Shown here: piece by piece, positions 14,138-28,100 of the stretch | Position numbering within the stretch: position 1 is the first letter of the stretch | Layout of the letters: the number at the start of each line of letters is the position of its first letter | Source of the DNA: Paragordius varius | Taxonomy: Eukaryota > Animalia > Nematomorpha | Direction: 5' to 3' | DNA length: 64,000 nucleotides | Assembly: GCA_964247055.1 (NCBI GenBank) | Contig: OZ176055.1 | Location: forward strand, 5,642,001-5,706,000 | Notes under the pieces: generated by a model | Databases searched by the model: none | The model's input: only the letters and a program-made list of their open reading frames with translations | What the model was told of the DNA's origin: nothing | Position numbers and translations under genes: made by a program

Positions 14138-15373
14138 CAAGTGTGTGCAAAAATTTTTTTTATAAGATAGCTTATGACCAGCGATTTGCCGCAAAAAATT
14201 TTATTTTCTAACAACCTAGTTTTTGAAATATGAGAGAAAATGAAAATTGGGCAAAAAGTGAAAATTAAAGATAATTAAGGATAAATCAAAAATAATAAAA
14301 AATTTGAGATAATATGGCTTATTATTCATTTTAGGATATATTTTTAATATACAAATAGCCTAAAATCATATAGTTAGGGTTTCTATAAAATTTCAGCTCA
14401 AAAGATGGCGTTTGTCTTTTATTACACTTAAAGGACAAAAATATTAAATGAAACTATATATAAATATTTTTTTAATTATTTACTACATAAACTCACTATT
14501 AAAATCTTAACATTCATATTTTATTCAGTAAAAAATACTTATATATCAAAATAAAACCAAAAAATTGTTTTTTATATTTGCATTTTTTTGTCATGTGGTT
14601 TAGTGTATAAAAAATTTATACTGTTTTATTTTGGATTCATACATGAGTGGGAATTATTAAGTATATTATGTAAAAGAGGATTTAAAATTAGTGTAATATC
14701 AACCAACAATCCTTACAAATACCTGTAACAAGTCTGTTTTATGACAAATTAATATTTGTATTGGGATTTGTACGGATTGTTGGTTGATATTCCACTAATT
14801 TTAAATCTATTTTGCATAAATTATATACTTTATAATTCGCACTCATGTAATGCAAAATAAAACAGTATAAATTTTTTATACACTCATAAACCACATGACA
14901 AAAAAAATGCAAATATAAAAAACAATATTTTTGGTTTTATTTTGACATATAAGTATTTTTAACTGAATAAAATATGAATGTTAAGATTTTAATAGTGAGT
15001 TTAGCTAGTAAATTAAAAAATTTTAGTGACATAGTTTTATAAAAAAATTGTCTTGTGAGTGTGTTAAAAGAAAAACGCCATCTTTTAAGCTGAAATTTTA
15101 GAAACCCCAATTATACGATTTTAGGCTATTTATATATTGAAAATATATCCTAAAATGATAATGAACCATAATATTTCAAATTCTATCATTTTTTGAAGTA
15201 TCCCTTATTAACCTTAATTTTTACTTTTTGCCCGATTTTGATTTTCTCCCAATATTTCAAAAACTAGGTTGTCAACAAAAATTTTTGCGGCAATTGAATT
15301 GACTTGTCATAAGCTAGCTCATGAAAAAAATTTTTTCGTTAAATCAAAATGACCCTCTTTTTTGCACACAGTG
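14138..15373. mobile_element. 1.24-kb foldback (near-complete inverted repeat) element
   Basis: 14138-~14720 is the diverged reverse complement of ~14765-15373; termini CA(A)GTGTGTGCAAAAA / TTTTTGCACACAGTG flanked by TAT/ATA. Confidence 0.88.
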
Positions 15374-15670
15374 ATAAATCCATTTAATAAAAAATTATGA
15401 CTTACAGTATGCACATTTATGCTTGCTATTCACATTATTGTTGGCCAATTGGTAATACATTAGCCTGTATTAGAAAATTAACTTTGTGGAAAAAATATCA
15501 ATATCAAGATTTTAATGTTTATAACTATACACAAGTGTGTCTATACGCAAGTGTGTCAATTGGCCATCAATAATGTCAATAAACAGCAAAAATTATGTGG
15601 TATTATAAAAGCACTGATAAAATTGTGCATTTTTTTACAAAAAACGCAACAAATTTGTCTGTGTAAAAAG

Positions 15671-16804
15671 ATCGGATATCAAATTTTTACATTTTTTTCA
15701 TGTTACCGGGTATTTAAATTTATAATATTAATTTTTGATAATATATTTATTAGCTCAACTTAACCCGTTCCCAAACGTCGTTAAAATCAATGCCACCACC
15801 ATAAAAGTTCCTATAAGTATGTATGTTTTATTACATGAATCATTCGACTTATTTTAAATTGCATACTTCATCCCTCAAAGCATTGTAAATACAAAAGTTA
15901 GAAATAACTGAGTGGTTAATGAATAATTTCTTTTGATGTTAGTTCAAATTGGAAATATTACAACTCCTGGATTAGCCAAAGAATTATCTTTGTTAATTCA
16001 CCAATCTCCAAAGAGAAGTGATGAGACCACTGCTAAAAATGAAAAAGTTGAGGATTTGAAACTAAATATATTTGGTAATAAACGAATAAAATCATTTTAT
16101 ATTTCTTTTTATTAAAACAATTATTATTATTACATTCCTGCTGTAGATATATTAAATAATCGGTATACCATGGCTAATACCCGAGCAGGTATAATTTTAC
16201 ATATATAAACTTAAAAAAAATTATTTTTGAAATCAAAAATAGATGTTGAAATATATGGTGAAATAAAACTAAAAATGATTTTTTTATCAATTTAATAAGG
16301 TCAATGCTGATGACCAAAAGATTCACCATATAAAAATATATAGAAAATTAATAAGCGCAAAATATCCTTTTCCATATTTAGCCAAATCATATGTTTTAAT
16401 TTTTTGTGTATAAACGTTGAAAGTTGTGTAAAAAAAATAAACCATACACATTTTAAATACAACACAATATATTGTTAAAAAATTAAAACAGACAAAAAAA
16501 TATTTTTGCCTTTAATTTATTCCAAGTTTTAAAATAAATGCTAAAATACTAAAATAAATTAATTGAATGAGATGGTTAAATTTTGATTCGATTATAAACA
16601 ACTTTATTTGTTTAAATTTTGAAGTATTTAAAGCTTTTTTATAGTCGAAAAAATATATTAATATCATGTTTAATAATTTAATAATTTAGAAATAGTTCCA
16701 GGCCTTGGAATTAAATTGATAATGAATGCCGTCGAACATATGATATCCGTACCAGATATTTTTGGTTTTGTCAAATTATTATTATGTGATTATCCCTATT
16801 CTTG

Positions 16805-16845
<41 letters not shown>

Positions 16846-17724
16846 TATTTTTAGTCGAAAAATTCTGGCAATTATTGATGGATGGTAATTCATTAAATAA
16901 AATTTTTATAAAAAATATATTATCTATATAATTTTTTTCAAATAATTAGCCAGTGAAATCATTACCTTACCAATATCGTTCGGTATGTTTTACCAAACAA
17001 TTGCTGAAAAATTAAGAAATATTATGTGAAAAAAATTGAAAAAATTCTCTTATTTTTAGTCCCTAATATCATTTTAATGTACCATCCTAAAACCGGACCA
17101 AGTATGTTTAAGATTTATTTTCTACTTGTTTATAAAATAAATCCCTAAAAAAACTTTATTTTAAGGTGTCAAAATGGTCAACATATCAATGTTAAGGAAA
17201 GAGCAAATGCCGCAAATTCCAAGTTTTAAAAATTTTTTGGCTCCAAAAAAATAATTTTAAAAATTTATTTTATACATTTCTAGGACCAACTCGAGTCATT
17301 GAAATAAACAAAACTACCTTCCAAATACCAATCAGTTATAGATAAAAAAATATTTTTATATATATACACATATTCATATAATTTTCCAACATTTGTATTT
17401 ATTTTAATAGCCAAAATTAATAATTTAACCACGAAAGGCATCGAAAGCGACATTTGTCTCTTGTTTAAATACAATGACACGGCTAAACCAATCCAGAATA
17501 GTATATATTTAATAGAGTTGTTGATTGATAAAAAAACTTTTTAAAAAATTGCGAAAATTATATTTATAAAATATATGTCCCATAAATGTGATTATAAAAA
17601 TTTATTTTAGATAAAAAAGCCTCTTTTAAAGATAGCGATGTCCAAACAATTTCTGCAGGTTAAAAAATAAATCTTTTATATGTTTTGCTCATTATGGGTA
17701 TGCCCAAAAACTATTTAAAAAATT

Positions 17725-17774
<50 letters not shown>

Positions 17775-20700
17775 ATCGTACCCAAAACTGGAATCGAAAT
17801 TCATTATAAAGGCGATAAACGGAAATTGATAAAATCCAAGGATATTTTCGGTAAAATTTTAATTAAATTTACTTATATAATTGATTTATTATTCGGAAAA
17901 TATCTCAAATATAATAAGAATGCTAAGACATGATTTACAGTAAGAGTAAATAAACATTGCCACTTTTTCATTGAAAAAAATTATTGGCTTTAGTTTTTTT
18001 TTGCTATTCACCAATTATAATTCTCTTTGCTGTATATGCTATCTGGCAATATCTGATGGAAAACTAGCAATGTTAAGTTATTCACACTGTATTATAGCTA
18101 CAGTGGACCTCCCCATAATATCTATAATCAAATATATATAGCTTTTTATTCACATAATGTGCATAAACATTTGAACCATTCATTTCAGTCCTTCGATGGA
18201 AATTGGGGTCTTTGGAAAGCCCAGGCTTGTTTAGAATTAAATATTTTAAAAAATATGGAATAAATTGAAGCCATAGCAAATTTCACTTATATAACATCAA
18301 TGAACCAAAATATAAAACATTCAAAAATACCTGATATTCCTTATTCAGAAGCCAACATGGCTAAGGTGACCAGACGTCCCGCTTTTGGCGGGACAGTCCC
18401 TCTTTTTCACACTTTGTCCCGCCTCCCGCTACGTTTTAAAATGTCCCGCTTTTTCACGATTATATAAAAAAAAATTTTTAATACAAATAAATTTTTTTAT
18501 CTGTTTAAATTTTAAATTAAAATTTTTTATTTTTATTTTAAAAATATTTATTTTTTTTCGAATTTATATCATATGATTATACACTTTGCTTCCTACTACT
18601 ACTGTCATCATTATCAAAAGCCAAGTTAATACCACAAATCTCTAGATTAAAAGACAAATTGATACCACAAATCGGTACCTTACACGTTTATTTCACAAAA
18701 TTAAGGTAATATAATATTTATTATACTAATATTTTAGTTTTATCACTTGCCAACATTATTAAAAAGCCAAATTAATACCACAAATCGGTAGCTTAAAAGA
18801 CAAATTGATACCACAAATCGGTACCTTACAAGTTTATTCTAGAAAATTAAGGTAATATAATATTTATTATACTAATAGTAGTTTATAAATATGAGCACAA
18901 AAAGAGGTAATTCAACGATGAATTAATGAAAGATTTTCCTTTAGCAAAAAAACGAAGAATGAATCATTTGTTAAATGTCTTATATGCGAGGGGGAATTCA
19001 CCCTAGCACATGGAAGCATGATACTACAAAGCATATGGAAACACAGAAACATAAAAAACGTTTAGATATGGCGGCATCATCTTACAAAATGAGCGATTTT
19101 TTTCGAAAAACCGCATTTGGAGTCTTTTCACGCCGTTAATCACAATCATTCCTTTAGATCTATGGACTGTATCTAGGTTATTCGCACATTATTCCATATA
19201 AAATTTACATGTGCCCGTACAAAGGCCAAAGCCATTGTGTGCAATGTCCTTTCGCCACATGCATTTTCTGAAATACAAAAAGATTTGCTGAAAATTAATA
19301 TCTTATCCCTATACTCTGATGCATCAAATCACCATGAAGCAAAATTATTTCCCAAAATTTTAGATTTAATTTCTTTACCCGGTGTAAATTCCGAAATAAT
19401 ATTTACTCCAATAATGAATATTCTAGAAAAAAATAATTTAAAAGACAAAATTATCGCATATTGCGCTGACAACACCAATACGAACTTTGGTGGAAAAGCA
19501 AGGAGAGGAACAAAAAATACTTTTCATAAATTAACAGATAATCTTAATCAAAACATTATTGGCGTTGGGTGTGCAGTGCATATAATACACAAAGCTATTC
19601 AAACAGCTGCTGATTTGTTACCCTTAGATGTGGAAAATGTAGTTGTTAAAATATGTTCCTATTTTTATGTATACACGGTACGTGTTGAAACGATTAAAGA
19701 ATTCTGTAAAAATGCAGAAATATCAAAAAATGCTTGGATATTGTAAAACTCGTTGGTTAGCTTTTATGCCAGCTATTTATCACGGGACAAATGTCCTTCA
19801 ACTTTAAAAAAGTTTTTTGAAAGTGATTCTTCAAAAATATGGTTATTCTTACATAATCAAGCTTCTCTGTTTCAAAATGTTATTAAATTTATAGACGGTG
19901 ACAAAATTTCGGCAATCGAAGTAACCAATGAAGTTAGTAACCGATAATTCCAATGTCAAGAACGGTTAGAAAATAATTTACCATTAATCATCCGTAATAT
20001 AATAAATAATTTAGAAAAACAAGGAATAATAAATCGCCAAGATATCCTGTACCATATAAAAATGTTTTATACAAACTGTAAAGATCATTTGGAAGATTGG
20101 ACGACGCAATTCAATAAAATGGATCATTTTCATTGGATAACATTAAAATCAGAATTAATTGGTGTGATGTTCAAAAATCATTTGGTTATATCTGCTCCCA
20201 AAAATTCTCAAAAAGTAATCTCAGAAAATGATCTTTTTTCTGAAGTATCATTAGTTAAAAGATATATTAATAATGAAAAACTTAAATTATGGACAAAAGA
20301 AAAATACACAGTAGAAAAGAAATGGTTGGAAATATTTCATCATTTTGAAGCCAACTATAATACATACAATAATATTTTAAAAATTGTGGAATTCGCACTA
20401 TCTTTACCTGGAACCAACGCTGCTACTGAGCGCGTTTTTTTCCACAGTAAATCAGGCGTGGACATTGGAAAAATCAAATTTAAATGTTGAAACTTTAAAG
20501 GCCGTCTTATCTGTCAAATATAATTTGACAAATTCTTGTAAAGACTTTTCTACAATATTTTAAAAAATGATGACAATCTGCTAAAACGCATTCGCTCAAA
20601 AAAATATACCAATGAATAAAATATTTTCTTATAATTATAAAGTTTTTTTGTTAAAAAATAAACAAAATTACTTAAAATATTGTATAAGTCTAATTTGTCA

Positions 20701-23700
20701 AATTATATTTGAACACATAAAATGGTTTTTATTCAACATTTAAATTTGATTTCGTGTCCTTACTTAATTTACTGTGGAAAAACGCGTTCAATAGCAGTGG
20801 TTCAGGTAAAGATAATGCAAATTTTATAATTAAAATATTTTTGTATGGAACATAATTTGTTTAAAAATGATTATTTTAACCATTTCTATCCTACGTTTTT
20901 TCTGTTGTCCATAATTTAAGTTTTCATTCAATATATTTATTTAATAATGAAACTTCATAAAAAGTGTCATTGTGCACCGTCTTGTCTTCCAAATAATCGT
21001 CTCTGTTTGTATAAAACATTTTTATATTCTGGATATTCATTGAGCCTTGTTTTTCTGGATGTTTTATAATATTGCGATTAGGTAATGGTATATTTTCTAA
21101 CCTTTTTTGACTTGGAATTTTGACCTTTGTCCTGTGATAAAAAATAGGGTTCTAGGAGATCACATTTTTATAAATATTTCAATCGCTGGCAAAAGAGCTA
21201 ACCAACAGTTCTACAATATCAAGCATTTTAACATCTATATTTTCTACATCCAGGGTTAACAAATCAGTAGCTGTCTGAATAGCGTTGTGTATCTGCCAAT
21301 AATGTTTAATTAAGATTATTCGCTAAATTGTCAAAATATTTTTTGTGCCGCTTCTTGAATCACCCAGCGCACTTTGTGATGATTTCGTCTTTATTATTCT
21401 TTTCTAGAATATTACAATCACTTCACCCTTTGTTCGTGCACATGTAAATTTAATGAATAAGGTACAAACAACCTGTAAGGTACAAATTTTTTATTTTTAT
21501 AATGTATTTGTGTTAAAAATAAATAAATATTACAATAATTTTTTGTATAAAAATTATTGGTTGTACCCCCAATGACCCCCCTCTCAGATTTGTCCCGCTT
21601 TTTCCTTAAAAAAATCTGGTCACCTTAAACATGGCATATAGTGCATATAATTATAAAAATGCATAACATATCACTTTTTTCTGTTTATATTAATGTTGAA
21701 TGTGATTATAATCATGAAAATTCAATTTTAGCCTTAAAAGCAAATAAACATGATATTTTGCAAAAAATTTGTAAAATAAAAATGGTGTCGAAGGAATTTG
21801 ATACTGAACTTTTTTCAAAACTAAATTTATTTAGATATTTTGGCTAATTTATATAATGTTTATCAGGAAAGTAGCATAAATTTAAATTGGAACCGTTTCT
21901 TTCTAAAGTTTTTTTAAATATCAAATTCAATACTGTCCAATTGGAATCGAAATGTTAATGTTTTAAAATAAGATACCAATTATAAATAAATAATTGTATT
22001 TTGATCTGATTGCTCAATTTTATATATCTAATATAATAATTATTTTAGAAAAATTTTGGTATGCATCTGCAGGTATAATTTTAAGAATAAATTATTTATC
22101 AAGTGATTATAGAATACTTTAAAAAAAATGAAAAATATTTTGGCTATTATAGCAACTTTTAAACGTTTGTAACATGCTAATGTTACATTATAAAATAACT
22201 AAAAAAATAAATCAGAAAAGTAAATGACAAATACTTATTATCAGTACACCTATATTTATCTAAACTTATTTTTTTTAAATATTATCTATCCTCTTGCGTC
22301 GCATAAGAAAAATCTCTAAATCAAGCTTTGCCTTGTACTTATTATGTTTTATGGTTATAAATTGAATTATTACTGTATATGTTACATGTAGTTGGTTCTA
22401 TAATAAATATCTCATTGGGAACAGGTATTTAAATTTTTTATGTAGAGTAAATAGTCACTTTATTGATTATAAGAGTCTATATTAATTCATCTAACAAATT
22501 AAAATACACTTATATCCAAGCTGTTATAAAACTAAAAAAAATTAGTAATATAACTTTGTAAAATATTATATTCATTTATATAGTGCAATTAGACGGTAGA
22601 TAACGTTTACATTAATATTTTGTTATATATTCAAAAATAAATAATCCCAAGGGCAATAATATCCACATTAAGGAAAGTTGAGATCAAAAAATAAGTTTAA
22701 TTCCTTTTTTCATATTTGATTAAAATCCGGTTTCTCTACATATGGTGGGGTATATTTTTATCAATCCATTTCAGATGTTATTTAAACAGTATAACTTGAT
22801 TAATTATATACGGCGAGACATCAATAGATCCAAAGCGCTATTATATTATATGTGGCACCAAAATTTGAACCAAAAAGCCGATATTTTTTATTTATATAAC
22901 TGGTTTTTATTAATAATACCACATACCTTTAATAACTGCCCGATAGAATTATATAGTTTAGGTTCATTTGATTATGTTTTATGAGGGCCATTCCAAATTT
23001 TGTTTCTTTCTGGAAGATAACGGAGAACTTTATTAAACTCATTACAAATTGAGATTAAAATTTTTTTTACAATATAAATATCTTTTCGTTCAAATTATTG
23101 TTTTAATATAATATTTCGACATGAAAAATTATTTTTTATATTACTATAACATAATTTAAGAACCATATTATTTAATTAATGGATGGTGTGGAAAATTGTT
23201 AATTTTGCATTCCTCAACTCTTATAAGAATTATATTAAATTCTGCGTTACCCCGATATGAAATGCCTAAAAGAGTCTGGGAGAAAACGTATTACAATTTT
23301 ATACTATACAGGGTGACGCGGTAAAATTATTCAAAAAATAACGGCTTTGCAATTATAATAACCATCGATGTGGCACTTAGGACTCCAATGATCACTTTAA
23401 AAAAAATTAAAACCCATATAAATTATCTGTTTTACAATAATTAATATAATCTATGTGATAGCAAAAAATTTTTTAGGTTATAATTGTTTTATCGATATAA
23501 CCCTAGAATTGTTATTAACTAAATGTGGTAAAAGGCAAATAACTTTTTTTACTCAATAACCCCATTTTTCATTGAATGACATTAAATATTAAAATTCCTA
23601 ATTTGGTATATTTATAATCTACATATTAGATAAAGCTTTTGACGTCCAAATAACAGAAAAATATAAAAATATGAATTTGGAGACAACAGAATTGGATGAT

Positions 23701-25078
23701 CCACAAACTCCAAGTATTTATTGACATTATTTCAAAAAGTATGGTAAAAATAAAAACTTGTTTGATAATAAATTAAATTGGTCCATTGATATTAATAAAA
23801 TCTATAAAGAATAACTACAAATTTCTTAAATACTTGAAATCAAATATGGAACGTAATTTTATTTTCAAAATTTTGACTAATGAACCCGAAAATATTTACA
23901 ATCAATCTTGAAATGAATCGTTAGATGTTCCAAGCTTACAATTTAACAATTCCATGTTGAAAATTCCAATCAGCTATGTTGGCCAATTATCTACTGGTTT
24001 GACACTCTCCGATTTCTGTATTCTGTTTAGTGTTGGAAATCGAATGCAATGTAAAAGTTTTCGTATTCTATAACATATATATTAGAGAAATATAATTATT
24101 TTATTCCTAATTAAAATTTATTTATTGATAAATTTAGCTACAAATACTATCATATCATCGGTTGCTAAGATAAGTGATTTAAATGCAAGTATGTTGTATT
24201 CTGACAAATATTTTATCAAAATTAAGTTTTTTATTAAAAAAATCACAAAATCCAAAAATGGTATTTTCTTTGTTTTAGTTATCCTCCCTGGGAAAGGTGT
24301 GCGCTTGTTCGCAGAATACATGGATATAACTATCAAGAATAGGAAGATTTTTAGTAATCTTTTTGTACCATTCATATACCCGTTTATTTTATATAATACG
24401 AATTATACATAATTATTTCAGCCACGGAGTTTTGGTCAAACTTAACAGGTATGACATAATAATTTTTAATTATTATAATAAAAAATAAAGAGTAAAATAA
24501 CAACAACAACTAGTTTCGATTTCAATGGGGAATCGTTTTAAAATCGATAATGAATGAATAAAAAATGAACTGTATTAATATTACATATATTTTATAGTTA
24601 TAGCAAATAAAATGAATTTATAAAATTTTTAATTATATTTTTTTTGATTGTTCTATAGATGCTATGAATCGCGTTTTTATTGGAAAAAGTAATTTTTATT
24701 ATTGAATAAACTTATTATTTTATATGTTCATAATACTGTCCTGAATTTTCTATCTGGTTTGTTTGGTTAAATCGTTAGAATAGGAATTTAAAAAGGCTAA
24801 ATGGCAATTAAACTAAGCTGCCTTTAACAATAACACTTTATTTTAACAGCAAATTGCTATACTATATTTAAATATTTCATGTAATTAAAGTCATTGCCTA
24901 TTTATATACCATTTTTTAATAGTATTCCTACAAAGTATTATTATTATTATTATTATTATCTTTTAAAAATAAATTAAATATCTGTTTTTGTCACATATAT
25001 TATTTTTACTATGTCATTCATTTAAGAAACGAGTAAGATATATATATATTTCTAGTTTTTTGACATATTTTGCGTCAA

Positions 25079-25112
<34 letters not shown>

Positions 25113-28100
25113 TCATTTTAGTGTTTGACATTTTCTTCAGCTATAATATTGACTTGAAGGGTAAATTATTTTCCAATCAATTTCGATTAAAATTATTCCA
25201 ATTTATAACATTTTTTAGATGGAAAAACGTTTTACGCCAACACTTCCAAAAAAGATTCAAAATCCATTAAAATAAATGAAACAACTATACAAATACCCAT
25301 AAGTAATAATTTTTAATAATTCCATTAGCTAAAATTGGAAACAAAACATTACCGGGATTCACGTCCGATTTTTGCATATACCTAAAAATAGAAAATAATA
25401 CGTCTTCAGATCAGAATCAAACTAAAAAAGAAGGTATAAATAGATAATTTATAATAACATCCATTTATTTATCTATTTATATATCCATGTATCCAGGCTC
25501 TTTAATGATAAAATACTTTACTAATTATTTTTCGGTCTAAAAAATATTAAATTAATCTCGGCCTCTGAAAAATTTCCGCCACCTTAACTGCCATAAAAAC
25601 GAAAATAACTGTGGTTAACTCTGTCTTAAAATCTGAAGCAGTAACTATATAAAACTACGGACTTGCGTGACAATTGTCCCATAATTTTTAAGGAATTATG
25701 TTAACAAAATAACTTTTTGGTGAAAATGTATCTCAACTGGACACACGGTTTTTTTCACTTAATAAAACGGAATTGCTTTATCTATCTAAACTAAACACAA
25801 TCAAAATCGGCGCAGAGAATGGAAACTTTGATGTTTTAGGTATTTTGATAGGATATTTGGTTATTTTGATCCAAAATATAATTTTATTTTAATTAAAAAT
25901 CATATTTTTTGTGAAATGTATTTTCGGGACTACTAAAGCGGTACTGAGTGCACCCTTGTCAAGCTTATTTCAAACTCAATGTGTTAGAGAATATTTACAT
26001 ACATATTTATAACTCGGAAATATATAATGACCTAGCGATTGCGTTCTAGTGTGATATTGGCTAACTTGATTTTCAATTTTACCTGGGTAGGTACCCGCAA
26101 AAAAAGCAAAATCTAAAAAATTTTAGTGTCCCTTTTATACCGTAGGCTACCTCTCAACGCCGCCTCATGCAGACCCGTAGAAAAGTTGTCATATTTTAGC
26201 ATCATGTGACGCCTGGTGTTTAGTCTTTAGACCAGGGGTGTCCAACACAAATGGCTTCGCGAGCTGCATTCGCAAAATATATGGGCATTCACAAATATTT
26301 TATTAGATTTTAAACATAGGACTGTGTAGATCTAATATTCATTTTAACGTTTTTGCTAGTTCATTGCCGAAATTCGTAAAGATTTAATAGGAAATTTGTT
26401 TAAAAAAATAATTTTATTTATAATTCGTATTAAATTTTATATTTAAAATTTCTCGCCGGCTGCAGTAATATTATAGAGGGCCGTATGTTTGACACCTCAT
26501 CCTTAGATAAAAATTTTATAAATTGTGGACGAAATAAAATTTATTGCATAATAACAAAAATGTTTTAATTATTATTATAATATATTACAGATTTCACCAA
26601 ACTTTTACCGTCCGAAATTGCACCGACTTATGCGAGTAATTCTTTTTATGTTTTATGCAAATTATTATTTTGTTTAAATTTAAAAATTAAATCCACTAAA
26701 ATTTACCATTTCAAACAAAATAAGCTATCAATCCCAATGTCGGAATCACAATTCATCATCAAGGCACGCAATACGATGTCTCAAGTCCTAACATCTTTAG
26801 TAAGTTGGTTTCTTAAGTATTTATGCAGGATTTCCATAATAATATGATAATAAATAAAAGTGGTCCAAAAAATTTTGAAAATATAAGAACATAATGAAGA
26901 GATACTCAACAAATATATTCACAAGTCAACCTTTTTAAATATTTTTAGACGCAAAACGCCCAAAAATATTAAAATAACTCTAAAAATAAGAATTTCAATT
27001 GGTCAAAGAACAATACTTTTATTCGTAACTTCATATGCAAATTTACAATACATTAATAATTTGTGTCTAATTTATAAATTTTTCCACAACTTTATCAATA
27101 AGCTTTAATTTTAATTATTGGATATCATTTTGAACCTTTATGCTTGTATTTACTAAAAAGGGTCTTGAAACGATAAGGGAAGCGTATCTATGAATTTTTT
27201 AAAAAGACTTTGTAATCGTTTGTTAATTTTCCGGTTAAATATATATATAATGAAGGAGCTCATCTTAGTTTATCGTTTTATAAAAAATTACTTTATCTAC
27301 AGGTAAAAACTTATCGAGACTGTCTCGATTTAACACATATATTGAATGTAATTCAAAATTATATCTTGTATATTTATAGGTAAGGCCTTTTGGGGATCTT
27401 TAACGGGTATATTAATTATTTATTATTTTTTGACTTTTTATTTTAATGGGCTTACAAAACGTTTTTATTTATTTAGTTGGTGGAATAGTGCTACTTTCCA
27501 TGGGAACATGTATTTATTTTTTCTATTTTTTTAAAAAAATATTATTGTACAGTAATGCATCCTTTATTTTATCAAAAATTATTTTTTGTTAAATGGGTAT
27601 AAATATTTGTCTGAGTATGGAAAAACAAGTCGTATTAAACAATATCATATTCATCAAAAAAGTAAGAAAAGTTTGGGGGAAAGTCGTCGAAAATCTTATC
27701 CTGTAAATTCCGTCTTTTAGCATTAGTTTTAAGATGAAGGGTTAGTTGTTAATATATTTTCATTATAATTAATTCATTTTTACTATATAAGATTTTCGAG
27801 GCCATTCCCCCACACTTCTTTTACTTTGATGAATGTGATATTGTTAAATACCAATAGAGCTCTAATTCCATTCTTTGACAAATGTAAACCCATTGAACGA
27901 AAAAAAATAAATTTTTGATAAAATAATATAAGACTGTAATATTTATGCCTTATGATATCCATATAGTAACAATCGGAAGTAAAATATAATTTTTTTAAAA
28001 TAAATTTATTTAATAATATAATTCAAAAAATTTAATTTTTACTCAATGATACAGGTATGATGACATCAAATAATTCAATATAAAAATGTTACACAGAGGG

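Larger units (their letters stand above)
18362..21627 (+). mobile_element. hAT DNA transposon (Blackjack-type termini), copy 2
   Basis: Perfect 13-bp TIR TAAGGTGACCAGA / TCTGGTCACCTTA and perfect 8-bp TSD AACATGGC (18354-18361, 21628-21635). Confidence 0.96.
18164..21958 (+). mobile_element. MITE family A copy split by hAT copy 2
   Basis: 5' part ~18164-18361 and 3' part 21628-21958 join into a family A consensus ending GGAATCGAAATG-TTAA. Confidence 0.85.

Noticed and set aside
22742-23300. Coding-like stretches (ORF 22742-22984; NGWCGK...RVWEKT at ~23160-23290)
   Set aside because: Could not be placed in phase with consistent splice sites; they may be unresolved or decayed exons of the third repeat unit.
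23307-23560. TA-CAGGGTG Tc1/mariner-type terminus
   Set aside because: No matching opposite terminus found, so boundaries are unsupported.
24118-24375. Minus-strand ORF MNGTKRLLKIFLFLIV... as a small secreted protein
   Set aside because: It is the antisense of plus-strand exons 24138-24188 and 24279-24353, which are supported by repeat homology and phase.
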